Origin: Octopus sinensis
Taxonomy: Eukaryota
NCBI RefSeq assembly: GCF_006345805.1
Contig: NC_043012.1
Span: 868,001-932,000, forward strand
Length of the DNA: 64,000 bases
Direction: 5' to 3'
The notes beneath the pieces were generated by a model. That model was not told the origin of the DNA and did no database searches. It saw nothing but the letters and a program-made list of their open reading frames with translations. Below are positions 52,151-64,000 of this stretch, one piece after another. Positions within the stretch are counted from its first letter, which is position 1. Every line of letters starts with the position of its first letter. Made by a program: the position numbers and the translations under genes.

Positions 52151-52838
52151 GCCATATGCCCTCACCAAGGCTTATATATAAGGTCCAAAGACTACATCAT
52201 GCTCCAGTGTTCTGGATATATTTGCATGCTACCAGACTAACGTTTGTCCTTGCTTTGGCATCATGCGATAGCTATAACTAAGTTTTGCTGCCATACACGC
52301 AGTGTCTTCATTTCCAGTATTCTGCGAGAACATCTCCGACCAAGGAGAAATATCACCTTCCTTGGAAACAAATAAGGCATTGACAACAGAAAAGGCATCC
52401 GACCGTGGAAAATCTACCTCTATAAATTCCATCTGTCTGACCCATGAAAGGATGAAAGAATGGATGACAAAACAATGGAGTTGGTGATTATGAGGAATTA
52501 ACTACCATTTCTTTCCAGTCTTATAACCATAGAGATACCCTCCAATCGGTTTCTAATACACTAGGTTGATTTCATTGTCTATATCAATTCTTCTGTATCA
52601 ATTCGTCCACAGATATATGATAAAGATCAATATCCCAGCTTAGCCATCAGCATTAACATTCTGCTAATATGACAATTTACAGTTTTGGTTTGATTCCCCT
52701 CACCCACACCCCTTCAGTCTGCTTCTTGCGACTGTTTATTTATAGCAGTCACTTAAAAAGAGAGTTGTCAATATTTCATATATATATTTACATATATATA
52801 TATCAAAATACAATATATAATAATATATATGTATATAT

Positions 52839-52891
<53 letters not shown>

Positions 52892-52946
52892 CATTATAAT
52901 ATATATATACATATACATATATATACAGATATACATACATATCTAT

Positions 52947-52988
<42 letters not shown>

Positions 52989-53123
52989 AAATTAATATTA
53001 AATTACAAATGGGACAAGAACGCAAAAACACAAAGAGACGACACAAAAAAACAGCGGGTCATTCGAAGCCTCTAATCTTCAGTCGAGAACCGGATCATCT
53101 TAGCAATTTCGGCTGATTAATCC

Positions 53124-53159
<36 letters not shown>

Positions 53160-53345
53160 CTTATAAACAAGGGCAAAAGAAAAAAAATTTCTAATGCCAA
53201 ATATGCCGAAAACAGACACATCATCAATAACCATATAATTTTTTTTATTTTGCCCTTGTTTATAAATTTAACCTTTAAAGGTATTTTTTAATATGCTGGC
53301 CATTGATAGAATTTTTTCCGAAAAATCTTATCTTATATTAGATGT

Positions 53346-53377
<32 letters not shown>

Positions 53378-53470
53378 GGTAAGATATATACAGGGTAGTG
53401 AATATTCTTAGAAATTTCACCACCAGTGGCCTAGCATGTATAAAAAGTCAATGGACAGCATAATCCCCAA

Positions 53471-53714
53471 TATAAAATAGTGTACATTTAAACACAAAAG
53501 AAAACTACCATTAACAGGTAATTTTTACACGCTAGAAGTAGTCAAAAAGAAATCTGAAATCCACAAAAAATAACAAGGTAAAAGATTTTATTTTTCATTC
53601 CCTTTGAAAATTGCTCTGAAATGTGGTTTTGGTCGTTTTGACTGCTTCTTCTAGCGTGTAAAATTACCTTTTAAAGGTAGTTTTCTCTTGTGTTTAAATG
53701 TATACTATTTTATA
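53471..53714. mobile_element. Foldback MITE with ~75-bp TIRs (half copy at about 3745-3812)
   Basis: TATAAAATAGTGTACATTTAAACACAAAAGAAAACTACC and its imperfect reverse complement. Confidence 0.8.
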
Positions 53715-54072
53715 CTGAGTACATATATATATCAAATATGATATATATATGATGTGTATGTGTGTGTGTAACCGCTATTGACTGAATCCTGCTGGTTGAA
53801 CTATGGGTGGTTGGTTGCTTGCTTGCTTCCTTGCTTGGTAGATAGAGTTGAGGAATGTGATAAAGAATATCTGTATGCAATGAGATAAAGCATTGTAGAC
53901 ATAGTTTTGATATGTGTGTCTATATATGTACAGTGTGCATGTATATGTTTACATGAGTGTGTGTGTGTGTGTATGTGTGTGTGTGTGTACAGGTAAAGGT
54001 TTAGCAGTTCAATTCCCAGCCAAACGGTTTTGAGTTCAGTTTTATTGAATGACACCTTGACCATGGGTTGTC

Positions 54073-54206
54073 TGCAAATATATGGGAAACTACCACCTGT
54101 TTCATCTCTTGTGAAAGGTAAGACAGTCCAGTTTGCTGGATATTGTTGTAGAGCTGAAAAAGAGGTAATTTCTACTCTTCTCCTCTGGGAGCCATCTACT
54201 CGCAAT
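54073..54206 (+). mobile_element. Internal fragment of the same RTE LINE as 35418
   Basis: QIYGKLPPVSSLVKGKTVQFAGYCCRAEKEVISTLLLWEPSTRN. Confidence 0.88.
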
Positions 54207-54589
54207 GATTATACTTTAAATATTAATTTAACCCATATGGTCATTTTCTACACTGGCCACTGATAAATCATTAATTATTGACTTTACTCTAATTATGTAG
54301 AAATGTAGAAATATATATATTTAATATATATATATAGGTATTTAGATAGATAGATATAGATATAGATATATACATTATATATATATACATATATATATAC
54401 ACACACACACACACACATATTATATATATATATATATATACAGACACATACACACACACGTATATAATACATACATGAAGTTATATACATATTGAAATTT
54501 GTATATGTATATATATATACATATATATATATATATACATATATATGCATCGCGACGTATAATACACACACACATACACATTACATACC

Positions 54590-54623
<34 letters not shown>

Positions 54624-54978
54624 ATATATATATGTAATATATATATATATATAATTATATATTTAATATGTAATATATATATATATTATATATATATATG
54701 CCTCAGAGGGGAACTTTCTAGGTGCAATACCACGGTCATTCATGACTGAAAGTGGTCCTTTATATATATTATATATATATAAATATAATATATATATATA
54801 TAATATATAATATATAGTGACGTATTTTTGCCATTTCAATATGGCTAACCCCTAAGAGTGGATGCTACTGTAGTTTTTAGCCCCAGGAGGACACACTCCT
54901 CCAGCTGGCCATAGACACACTTTCTGTGTCCTGTCAGTATTGCAAAGGAAGTCATCCTTCCCGTCTTCACTTATGATA

Positions 54979-55023
54979 CACATGGACTCGAGTTTCGAGG
55001 TATTGACCTCTCGTCAGCGTGTG
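54979..55023 (-). ncRNA. Type I hammerhead ribozyme motif, complete core
   Basis: CACACG-CUGACGA-GAGGU-CAAU-ACCUC-GAA-ACUCGAGU-C-CAUGUG; all core bases present, GUC cleavage triplet, stem I 5 of 6 pairs. Confidence 0.75.
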
Positions 55024-55037
55024 ACAATCATAGTTGT

Positions 55038-55082
55038 CACACGCTGACGAGAGGTCAATACCTTGAAACTCGAGTCCAGGTG
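55038..55082 (+). ncRNA. Type I hammerhead motif, mirror copy
   Basis: CACACG-CUGACGA-GAGGU-CAAU-ACCUU-GAA-ACUCGAGU-C-CAGGUG; G10.1-U11.1 wobble, stem I 4 of 6 pairs. Confidence 0.65.
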
Positions 55083-55517
55083 TATCATAAGTTGAAGACG
55101 GGAAGGATGACTTCCCTTTGCAAATACTGACAGGACACAGAAAGTGTGTCTATGGCCAGCTGGAGGAGTGTGTCCCCTGGGGCTAAAAACTACAGTAGCA
55201 TCCACCCTTGGGGTTAGCCATATTGAAATGGCAAAATACGTCACAATGTGTTACCGCTACTGTATATAACTCACTTTGATATATATATATATATATATAA
55301 TATATATATATATATATAATGAAATAAGGATTCAGATAGAATCAAAAAGATATGCCCCAGGTAGGGTTGGATATACCTGTCATTCCAGCCTATGGTTGGT
55401 AAGTATCAAACAAGATATTCCGGCTGTTTACACAGAGAAAACCAACCTTATAAGTATTTAGCAGCTAAGGGCTGTAACAAAACACATGTTACGTTGAACT
55501 GTGTATTGTTGATATAC

Positions 55518-55715
55518 TCCAGGGTGTCCGACAAGTGATGAATCCCCTTGGTGTATTATAATCAAATTAATGATAACAGATGATGGATAATTAATTGTCA
55601 GCTCATTACAGCTACTTATTATGCATTTTTAAATAGAAGAATGAGAACTTTACTTCATTAGCCACGACAGACTTCGGCCACATTCCTACTGTATTCTTGG
55701 GATATTCTTTTGCTT
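55518..55715. mobile_element. Possible Tc1-like remnant
   Basis: CAGGGTGTCCGAC-type start; minus-strand AKEYPKNTVGMWPKSVVANEVKF loosely resembles the WxxVxxSDESKF motif. Confidence 0.3.
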
Positions 55716-55731
55716 GTAAATATATATATAT

Positions 55732-55762
<31 letters not shown>

Positions 55763-55837
55763 TGCACACACATACCATAAACATACACACATACATATGT
55801 ATATGTATGTATGCATGTATGTGTATATATATATATG

Positions 55838-56062
55838 TGGCCGTTCGCCAGCTCTGTCTGGCACCTGTGCAGGTGGCACGTAAAAAACACCCACTACACT
55901 CGCGGAGTGGTTGGCGTTAGGAAGGGCATGCAGCCGTAGAAACACTGCCAGATCTGACTGGGCCTGACGAAGCCTTCCAGCTTCACAGACCCCAGTTGAC
56001 CCGTCCAACCCATGCTAGCATGGAAAACGGACGCTAAACGATGATGATGATGATGATGATGA
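55838..56062 (+). mobile_element. SINE (GAT)n-type tail
   Basis: Homologous to 31325. Confidence 0.88.
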
Positions 56063-56739
56063 TGTATATAAGTGTGTGTATGTGTGTATGTATATATATA
56101 TGAATATATGTGTATGCATGCATTTACCTACTGTTGATCTTATCTGTGTACATATATATATACAGTTATACACACACACACACACATACACACTCATATA
56201 CATATGAGTGTATACATATCTATGTATATACACCCACACATATGCAGTGCAGGTGTTCAATACTAGGAAATTAAAAATTATTTATTTCCATCAGATCTGA
56301 AGTCTTCAAACCGTAAACATCTTTCTTAGTCAATGAACAGTTCAAATTCCTTTCCAAAGAATTGCAGACTTTGCTATGATGTTATTGTTTGATTTTCTTT
56401 TTCGTCTTCTCTATTTTATTTTTTTTTTTTCATTTTGTTTTGTTTGGTATTTGTTTGTAGCTGTCTGACTTGAAAATGGAAACTCTATCATAATTAAACT
56501 TTGCGCTCTGGTCTGGCTATTTTTGTCATCACCTTCCTGATTCGTATTCTTCATGTTCTTAAATACTTAAGTGCACTAATCTCACAACAGAATGTGCGTG
56601 AATTTCCATTATTTTATATATACCATTATTTAAATATATTCCATCATTTTTGTATATATATATATACATACATATTTATATATATATACATACATATATA
56701 CACATATACATACATACATACATACATACATACATACAT

Positions 56740-56827
<88 letters not shown>

Positions 56828-57069
56828 CTCTTTGGCTGGTGACAGAATAAGTAGCCAGCTAGATAGAAAGAGTCGATAGAATTGGCTACACACAATCCCT
56901 AAAACATTTCTGATCTTGTGACTTGTAGATTAAATCTGTAATCTGTCGGTTGTTCCAATTTGATACTTTTGTCCCATTTTCTGAATCTTTCTTCATTGTC
57001 TCTTAACCCGTTTAATACCAGCACCATTTTCTGAGTTTACCTATGGCTCTAAAATATAATTTACCTGTT

Positions 57070-57290
57070 TTAACCATTCAGTATTTAAACCAGTTATATC
57101 CAGCTCAATTACTTTATGTTTAAACTGCCCTTATCCAGGTTCTCACACCTACCCTACAATGTCATTCTAAGAATAAACAATCACATCATTGAAATCACAA
57201 AGTTTTGAGATAATGCACGACTATGTCAAAACAATGCGAATAAATAAGCATTACATTTGATAAAATAATCTGAATAATAAAGGGTTAAAG
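57070..57290. mobile_element. Dispersed AT-rich MITE-like repeat
   Basis: Homologous to 17527-17635 and, in reverse, to 10690-10855. Confidence 0.65.
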
Positions 57291-57839
57291 TGGCTGGAGA
57301 TGCAACCTACTTTCAAAAATCTCATGTTGATTTATATTTCAAAACCCTGCTTGATAATGAGGAAGTTGTTTGGATGAAATCATTAATATTTTTTTAATTA
57401 ATTGAAACATTGGCCTGGTATTTCAATGGAAATATCTTAGTTGTGATTTTGCGTCCAGATCTTTTCATAATATTTGTCTTGGCCCTCTAGATATCAACCC
57501 ACCTGGAACCATGTTACAAACTTTCTATTTTTATAATATTTTTTGTAGTCTACTTACTTGTTTCAGTCACTTGACTACTGACATACTGGGGACCTCATTA
57601 AGATTTTAGTCAAATGTATCCACCCCAGTACTTATTCCCCGCTTTTTTCTTTAAAGCCTGGTACTTACTCTATCGATCTCTTTTCCTGAAGTGCTAAGTT
57701 ATGGGGACATAAACACACCAACACCAGTCGTCAGCTGTAGTGGGAGACAAGCACGGACATGACACATATACATACATGCAAGTGAAATCGGAAGTGAAAT
57801 GGGGCAAATGAAATCGGAATCGAAATTGAACCAATCCAA

Positions 57840-58257
57840 TGACTGGCACCCGGCAGATGCCAGGACCCCTGGACTGGAGATACGTAAAAAGCACTATCCG
57901 AATCGTGGCCGATGCCAGCGCCGCCTTGACTGGCTTCCGTGTCGGTGGCATGTTAAAAGCACCATCCAAATCGTGGCCGAAGCCAGTGCCGCCTTGACTG
58001 GCTTCCGTGCAGGTGGCACGTAAAATGCATCAATCCGACCGTGGCCAATGCCAGCCTCGCCTGGCACCAGGGCAGGTGGCACATAAAAAGCACCGACTAC
58101 ACTCACGGAGTGGTTGGCGTTAGGAAGGGCATCCAGCTGTAGAAACATTGCCAGATAAGACCGGAGCCTGGTGAAGCCTTCTGGCTTCCCAGATCCCCGG
58201 TCGAACCGTCCAACCCATGCTAGCATGGAGAACGGACGTTAAACGATGATGATGATG

Positions 58258-58260
<3 letters not shown>
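57840..58260 (+). mobile_element. SINE (GAT)n-type tail preceded by about four ~63-bp internal repeats
   Basis: Units of type GGTGGCACGTAAAAAGCACCATCCGAATCGTGGCCGATGCCAG...GACTGGC. Confidence 0.85.
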
Positions 58261-58290
<30 letters not shown>

Positions 58291-58889
58291 TATACACAGA
58301 CATACACATACACATATACATGATGGGCTTCTTTCCGTTTCCGTCTTCCAAATCCTCTCATAAGGTTTTGGTCAGCCCAAGGTCATAGTTGAAGACACAC
58401 ACATATATATTGTATACCTAACCCAAAAATGCATTGTACTATTTTTGTATAAGTTTATGTCCCTCAGCCGCTGGAGATAAAGTAAGACAACTGTCATCCT
58501 GATGACACTTATGGAGGCAGAAACATGTACCCACAACTCTTCCATTATCCTAAGATAATAAGCCTGTAATTTTTCTAAATAGCATGTTAGATATGGGGTA
58601 ACCTTGATTTTTATGATTATCTCCATTTCTCATCTGGAGTTGGTCTTAATTTCCATTTAGGAGTAATGATATATCCTCTAGAGACAGAGATTACGTTAAT
58701 AAATCAAAAATTAATGTCGTCATGGCATTCTATATCCTGGTATTTGGCTATGTTGTTATTACACACACACACACAGACACACAGTCACTCACACACATAC
58801 TCACATATATGTATGTATGCATCTATGTGTGTATATATACACATATATTTATTTATATATATATATATATATTATTATATATATATATA

Positions 58890-59951
58890 ACTATTATTTG
58901 AGGGAATAAAATCCAAACTTACAAGGAAAAAGAATTCAATTTAGAAATACTAAATCAAATTCCACACAATATAATATATTCTACCTATTATATACATTAT
59001 ATTATTCTTGTAATTTACTTAATCTTTACCTTTTAATTGTTATTTTAATTTTAACTTTTCTATTATATGTAATTTTCTAGATGGTGTAATTTAATTATTC
59101 ATTTTGAATTGATAAAAGGTGGTTTTTTTTCTAATATTTTACATATATATATATAAATATACATACATATATATGTATATATAGATATATATATATATAT
59201 ATATATATATACTGTCGATTTTTTTCCTCTGTCTTCCCTTCTCGGGATCTTTCCTTCTCCTATGTTTCCGACGAAGAGCTCCGCTCGAAACATTAAACCC
59301 TCAATCTTCCCTTCTTTCCTGAGCGTCCAATAATAATATTTGTTCCACGTCCTTGCGTTGTTGGTGTTGTTTTTGTATTTTTGTGTTTTCTTGTTTGGAT
59401 TAAATATATATATATATATATATATAATATATTATTATATATATATATAACTATTATTTGAGGGAATAAAATCCAAACTTACAGGAAAAAGAATTCAATT
59501 TAGAAATACTAAATCAAATTCCACACAATATAATATATTCTACCTATTATATACATTATATTATTCTTGTAAATTACTTAATCTTTACCTTTTAATTGTT
59601 ATTTTAATTTTAACTTTTCTATTATATGTAATTTTCTAGATGGTGTAATTTAATTATTCATTTTGAATTGATAAAAGGTGGTTTTTTTTCTAATATTTTA
59701 CATATATATATATAAATATACATACATATATATGTATATATATATTATATATATATATATATATACTGTCGATTTTTTTCTCTGTCTTCCCTTCTCGGGA
59801 TCTTTCCTTCTCCTATGTTTCCGACGAAGAGCTCCGCTCGAAACATTAAACCCTCAATCTTCCCTTTTCCTGAGCGTCCAATAATACTTTATTTGTTCCA
59901 CGTCCTTGCGTGTTGGGTTTTGTTTGTATTTTTGTGTTTTCTTGTTTGGAT

Positions 59952-59953
<2 letters not shown>
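58890..59953 (+). repeat. ~555-bp tandem duplication, each unit carrying a P1 terminal repeat with hammerhead-like motif
   Basis: CTATTATTTGAGGG at 58891 and 59451; motifs at 59264-59298 and 59817-59851. Confidence 0.9.
59264..59298 (+). ncRNA. Minimal hammerhead-like motif P1 (identical copy at 59817-59851)
   Basis: GUUU-CCGACGA-A-GAGC-UCC-GCUC-GAA-ACAU-U-AAAC; U4C and ACGU-to-ACAU deviations. Confidence 0.5.
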
Positions 59954-60004
<51 letters not shown>

Positions 60005-60005
<1 letters not shown>

Positions 60006-60098
60006 TTAATCCAAACGGGAAAACAGAAAAAACAACAACACGTGGAACAATTACAGTATTATTATTATTAGGCGCTCAGGAAAATGGAAGAAGGAGGG
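60005..60098 (-). mobile_element. Inverted partial P1 repeat abutting the tandem across a (TA)n tract
   Basis: TTAATCCAAAC...CACGTGGAAC...GCGCTCAGGAAA...GAAGGAGGG is the reverse complement of the unit end. Confidence 0.7.
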
Positions 60099-60242
60099 TA
60101 TTATATATATATATATATATATATAATTATATAAATATATATATATATATATGTATATATGTATACATGTATATATGTATGCATGTATGCATGTATGCAT
60201 GTAGGTATGTATGATGCATGTATGTATGCATATATGTATGTA

Positions 60243-61514
60243 TGAGTTCTGATCAATAAGTACCTAGACTGTTACCATAGTAACAAAGCTAAAGCATGCA
60301 GAGTGAAGTTTCTGGGCAATGATTGACCTTGAACTCTGTTGTGCATGTGCCCTAAGCTTTAACAGGCTAGCTCGCTTCTGTTGTTTACAGCAGTGCTTGG
60401 AAGGAACGTGTGTAGCGTATGATTGTCGCATTGACTATCACCGAGAAAGTTGTCATAGTGATACCTTCTCAGAAGCTGATGCAAAGTTGCAGAAAGTGCA
60501 TGAGTCACATGCAAGCGTATGATTGGTTCAGATGTTTTAAAGATGGCTGCAAAAATGTCGATATTGATGAACATTCTGGGAGACCTGCGACCAGTAGAAC
60601 TGAGAAAAACATTAGAGATGTGCATGCAGCTGTGAGAAGAAATTCTTGAGACACCATCCATGAGATATCAGAGGATGTACAGATTACTCTCTTTTCTCTT
60701 TTACTCTTTTACTTGTTTCAGTCATTTGACTGCTGCCATGCTGGAGCACCGCCTTTTAATCGAGCAACTCGACCCCGGGACTTATTCTTTTGTAAGCCCA
60801 GTACTTGTTCTATCGGTCTCTTTTGCTGAACCGCTAAGTGACGGGGACGTAAACATACCAGCATCGCTTGTCAAGCAATGCTAGGGCAACAAACACACAC
60901 GCATATATATATATATACATATATACGACGGGCTTCTTTCAGTTTCCGTCTACCAAATCCACTCACAAGGCTTTGGTCAGCCCGAGGCTATAGTAGAAGA
61001 CACTTGCCCAAGGTGCCACACAGTGGGATTGAACCCAGAACCATGTGGTTGGTAAACAAGCTACTTACCACACAGCCATTCCTGATTAGTTATGGTTCAA
61101 TTCAGTCCATTATCACTGAAGATTTTGGTATGAGACATTTGTCTGCTAAGTTTGTGCCAAAACTGCTTTCAGCTGACCAAATGGACACTCAGGTTTCAGT
61201 TGCACAAGATCTCCTTGATTCCGTCGAGAAAGATGAAAACTTTGTGCAGGCCACTGAGGAGGTATCACCAAGCTTTTGACAAAATTTGGTGCAGAATTTC
61301 TGCTCAACTTCCTCTGTCATGTTCAATGCAACAATCACACACTACACACCTTCCTTCCAAGCACTGCTGTAAACAGCGGGAGTGAGCTAGAATGTTATAA
61401 CTTAGTGCACATGCACAGTAGAGTTCAAGGTCAACCTGTGCCAAGTAGCTTTACTCTGCCTGCTTTAGCTTCGTTAATATGGCAACAGTCCGGATACTTA
61501 TTGATCAAACCATG
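60243..61514 (+). mobile_element. Internally deleted mariner element with ~190-bp TIRs
   Basis: TA-flanked; translates AYDWFRCFKDGCKNVDIDEHSGRPATSRTEKNI...TIHEISEDVQI [SINE] SYGSIQSIITEDFGMRHLSAKFVPKLL, the mariner HTH region. Confidence 0.9.
60687..61083 (-). mobile_element. SINE family A inserted in the mariner transposase remnant, TSD GATTA
   Basis: GATTA at 60682-60686 and 61084-61088; removing the SINE restores GTA CAG ATT AGT TAT GGT (VQISYG). Confidence 0.92.
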
Positions 61515-61546
61515 TATGCACACATGTATGTGTGCATGTATGTATG

Positions 61547-61604
<58 letters not shown>

Positions 61605-61876
61605 TGTATATATATATATATAATAAATATATATATATATACATATATACATACATACATAGATACATACATACATAGATACATACATACATAGATACAT
61701 ACATACATATATACATACATATATACATATATTACATATATTATATATGTATGTATGTATATGTATATGTATATATATGTATATATATAATATAATATTT
61801 ATTTATCTAGTGAGTGATCTGTTTCTCATCCCATTCTCTCTCGTTCTCTCACTCTCTCTCTCTCTATATATATATG

Positions 61877-61914
<38 letters not shown>

Positions 61915-62044
61915 CATTCTTTTTCTTTTTACATAAAGTGATAGATAGAGGGAGAGGGAAGATTTGTATGAATATCGATGTATATATGCTTGTGTATAAG
62001 TGTGTGTGTGTGTACACATATGTATGAATATTTAAGTTCATATT

Positions 62045-62501
62045 GACACATACATACATACATACATACATACATACATACATACATACGTACATACATA
62101 CATACATACATACATGCATACATACGTACATACATACATACATACATACATGCACACATACATACAAACATACATACATACATGCATACATACATGCATG
62201 CATACATACATGCATGCATACATACATGCATACATACATACATACATACATACATACGTACATACATACATACATACATACACACAAACACATACATACA
62301 TACATACATACATACATACATACATACATGCATACATACATACATGCATACATACATGCATGCATACATACATGCATACATACATACATACGTACATACA
62401 TACATACATACATACGTACGTACATACATACATACATACATACACACATGCATGCATGCATACATACATACGTACATACATACATACATACGTACATACA
62501 T

Positions 62502-62534
<33 letters not shown>

Positions 62535-62860
62535 TACATACATACATACATACATGCATACATACATACATGCATACATACATGCATGCATACATACATG
62601 CATACATACATACATACGTACATACATACATACATACATACGTACGTACATACATACATACATACATACATACATACGTACGTACACACATGCATGCATG
62701 CATACATACATACGTACATACATACATACATACGTACATACATACATACATACATACACACACACAAACACATACATATATACATACATACATACATACA
62801 TACGTACATACATACATACATACATACATACATAGATACATACATACATACATACACATA
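62045..62860. repeat. (CATA)n array with ~240-bp higher-order periodicity
   Basis: CACACAAACA-type interruptions at 62281, 62521 and 62761; CACACATGCATGCATG at 62443 and 62685. Confidence 0.9.
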
Positions 62861-63302
62861 TGTATAATATTCCCTTCTCTGTGAGACTCTTTACAAAACC
62901 AGTCCCCAACAGCCCACCATTACATCCCTCCAGACATGAAAATAACACAAAAGAAAAAGAAAAACAAAACAAAAACAAAAGAAAAATGTGCCCACACCCA
63001 CCTCCACAGAGCTTCATTCCTTTACAGTGAATTGTCCATTGCATAGATGACTGACCAACACTTGCTTATTGTCCAGTTTGTTGGGAGCTAACCAACAAAG
63101 TGACCAGAGACAGAAGTGGTGGGTTCAGGTGTGTGTATGTGGTGGTGGTAGTAGTGGTGGTGGTGGTGGGGGTGAAACAAAATACCAAAAGTAAACAAAA
63201 AGAAAAGAAGACGAAAGATAGACAAAGGGAAAAAAGATGACAAAGAAAACCTAGATGCAGAGAAATCAGTGTAAAGTTGTTTATTGTACAAATGTTTCAT
63301 TA

Positions 63303-63341
<39 letters not shown>

Positions 63342-63354
63342 GTATGTATGTATG

Positions 63355-63417
<63 letters not shown>

Positions 63418-63515
63418 ATAAATATATATATAGTATATATATGTATGCATATGTATATGCATATGTATATATATATATATATATATATATCTATATATAG
63501 ATATATATATATATG

Positions 63516-63555
<40 letters not shown>

Positions 63556-63624
63556 TGTATATATTATAGATTCATATGTATGTATGTGCATGCATATATA
63601 CATATATACATATATTACATATAT

Positions 63625-63658
<34 letters not shown>

Positions 63659-64000
63659 TGTATGTATGTATGTATGTATGTATGTGTGTATGTATGTGTG
63701 TATAGGAATTTTATTTTTACTTTCCCCACTGATAAATGAAATCTATTTATAAAGTTGTCGTAACTGTAACATATTTGGTGTTATGCATTGACTCGATGCA
63801 CTAAATATGCATTATAGAGTTTGCCATTAGCTAGATTTGCTTGTTTGTATGTTTTTGTTTTTGTATTTATATTTTGTTCTGATTTTGGCTTTTGTATTTT
63901 CGTATCTGTGTCGTTTAAGTTAAGCTGGCATGGGTTCAAGTAGTCATAGATATTTAATAATAGTTAGGCTGCAGGAAGCGAGATTTGGCAAGGGAGACAA

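Larger units (their letters stand above)
54817..55244. mobile_element. 428-bp near-perfect palindrome (head-to-head Penelope-type terminal repeats)
   Basis: Arms 54817-55027 and 55034-55244 are reverse complements with few mismatches; 6-nt spacer TCATAG. Confidence 0.9.

Noticed and set aside
53060-53100. Minus-strand CUGAAGA...UUCGAAUG hammerhead-like string
   Set aside because: Stems I and III cannot be paired convincingly and there is no GAAAC.
57840-58090. Regularly spaced repeats that could suggest a CRISPR-like array
   Set aside because: The whole unit is repeated with no unique spacers; eukaryotic SINE context.
61826-63044. Six long ORFs (217-371 aa) of YVCM/HTYI type
   Set aside because: Read-through of the (CATA)n array; open on both strands and in several frames.

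Overview
AT-rich eukaryotic genomic DNA saturated with microsatellites and small repeats. The repeat landscape looks like an octopod cephalopod; this is my recollection of the SINE families, not a database match. No host protein-coding gene can be supported, and nearly all listed ORFs are microsatellite or SINE read-throughs. The recognisable coding relics are two RTE-clade LINE 3' ends plus one internal RTE fragment, a restriction-like-endonuclease (R4/Dong-type) LINE 3' end, and Tc1/mariner transposase remnants. At least four tRNA-derived SINE head types are combined with interchangeable tails. There are also hAT and Tc1/mariner MITEs, two nested insertions and several higher-order tandem repeats. 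The most unusual signal is a set of about 12 minimal type I hammerhead-ribozyme-like motifs from about 7 unrelated sequence families. Each has an (often CpG-decayed) palindromic stem III, the architecture known from Penelope-like elements. Two families occur as divergent head-to-head foldbacks, one being a near-perfect 428-bp palindrome whose minus-strand hammerhead keeps the whole catalytic core. One family occurs as a ~555-bp tandem pair, and one motif has a U3-A8 compensatory core. Coordinates were counted by hand and diverged repeat boundaries are approximate.
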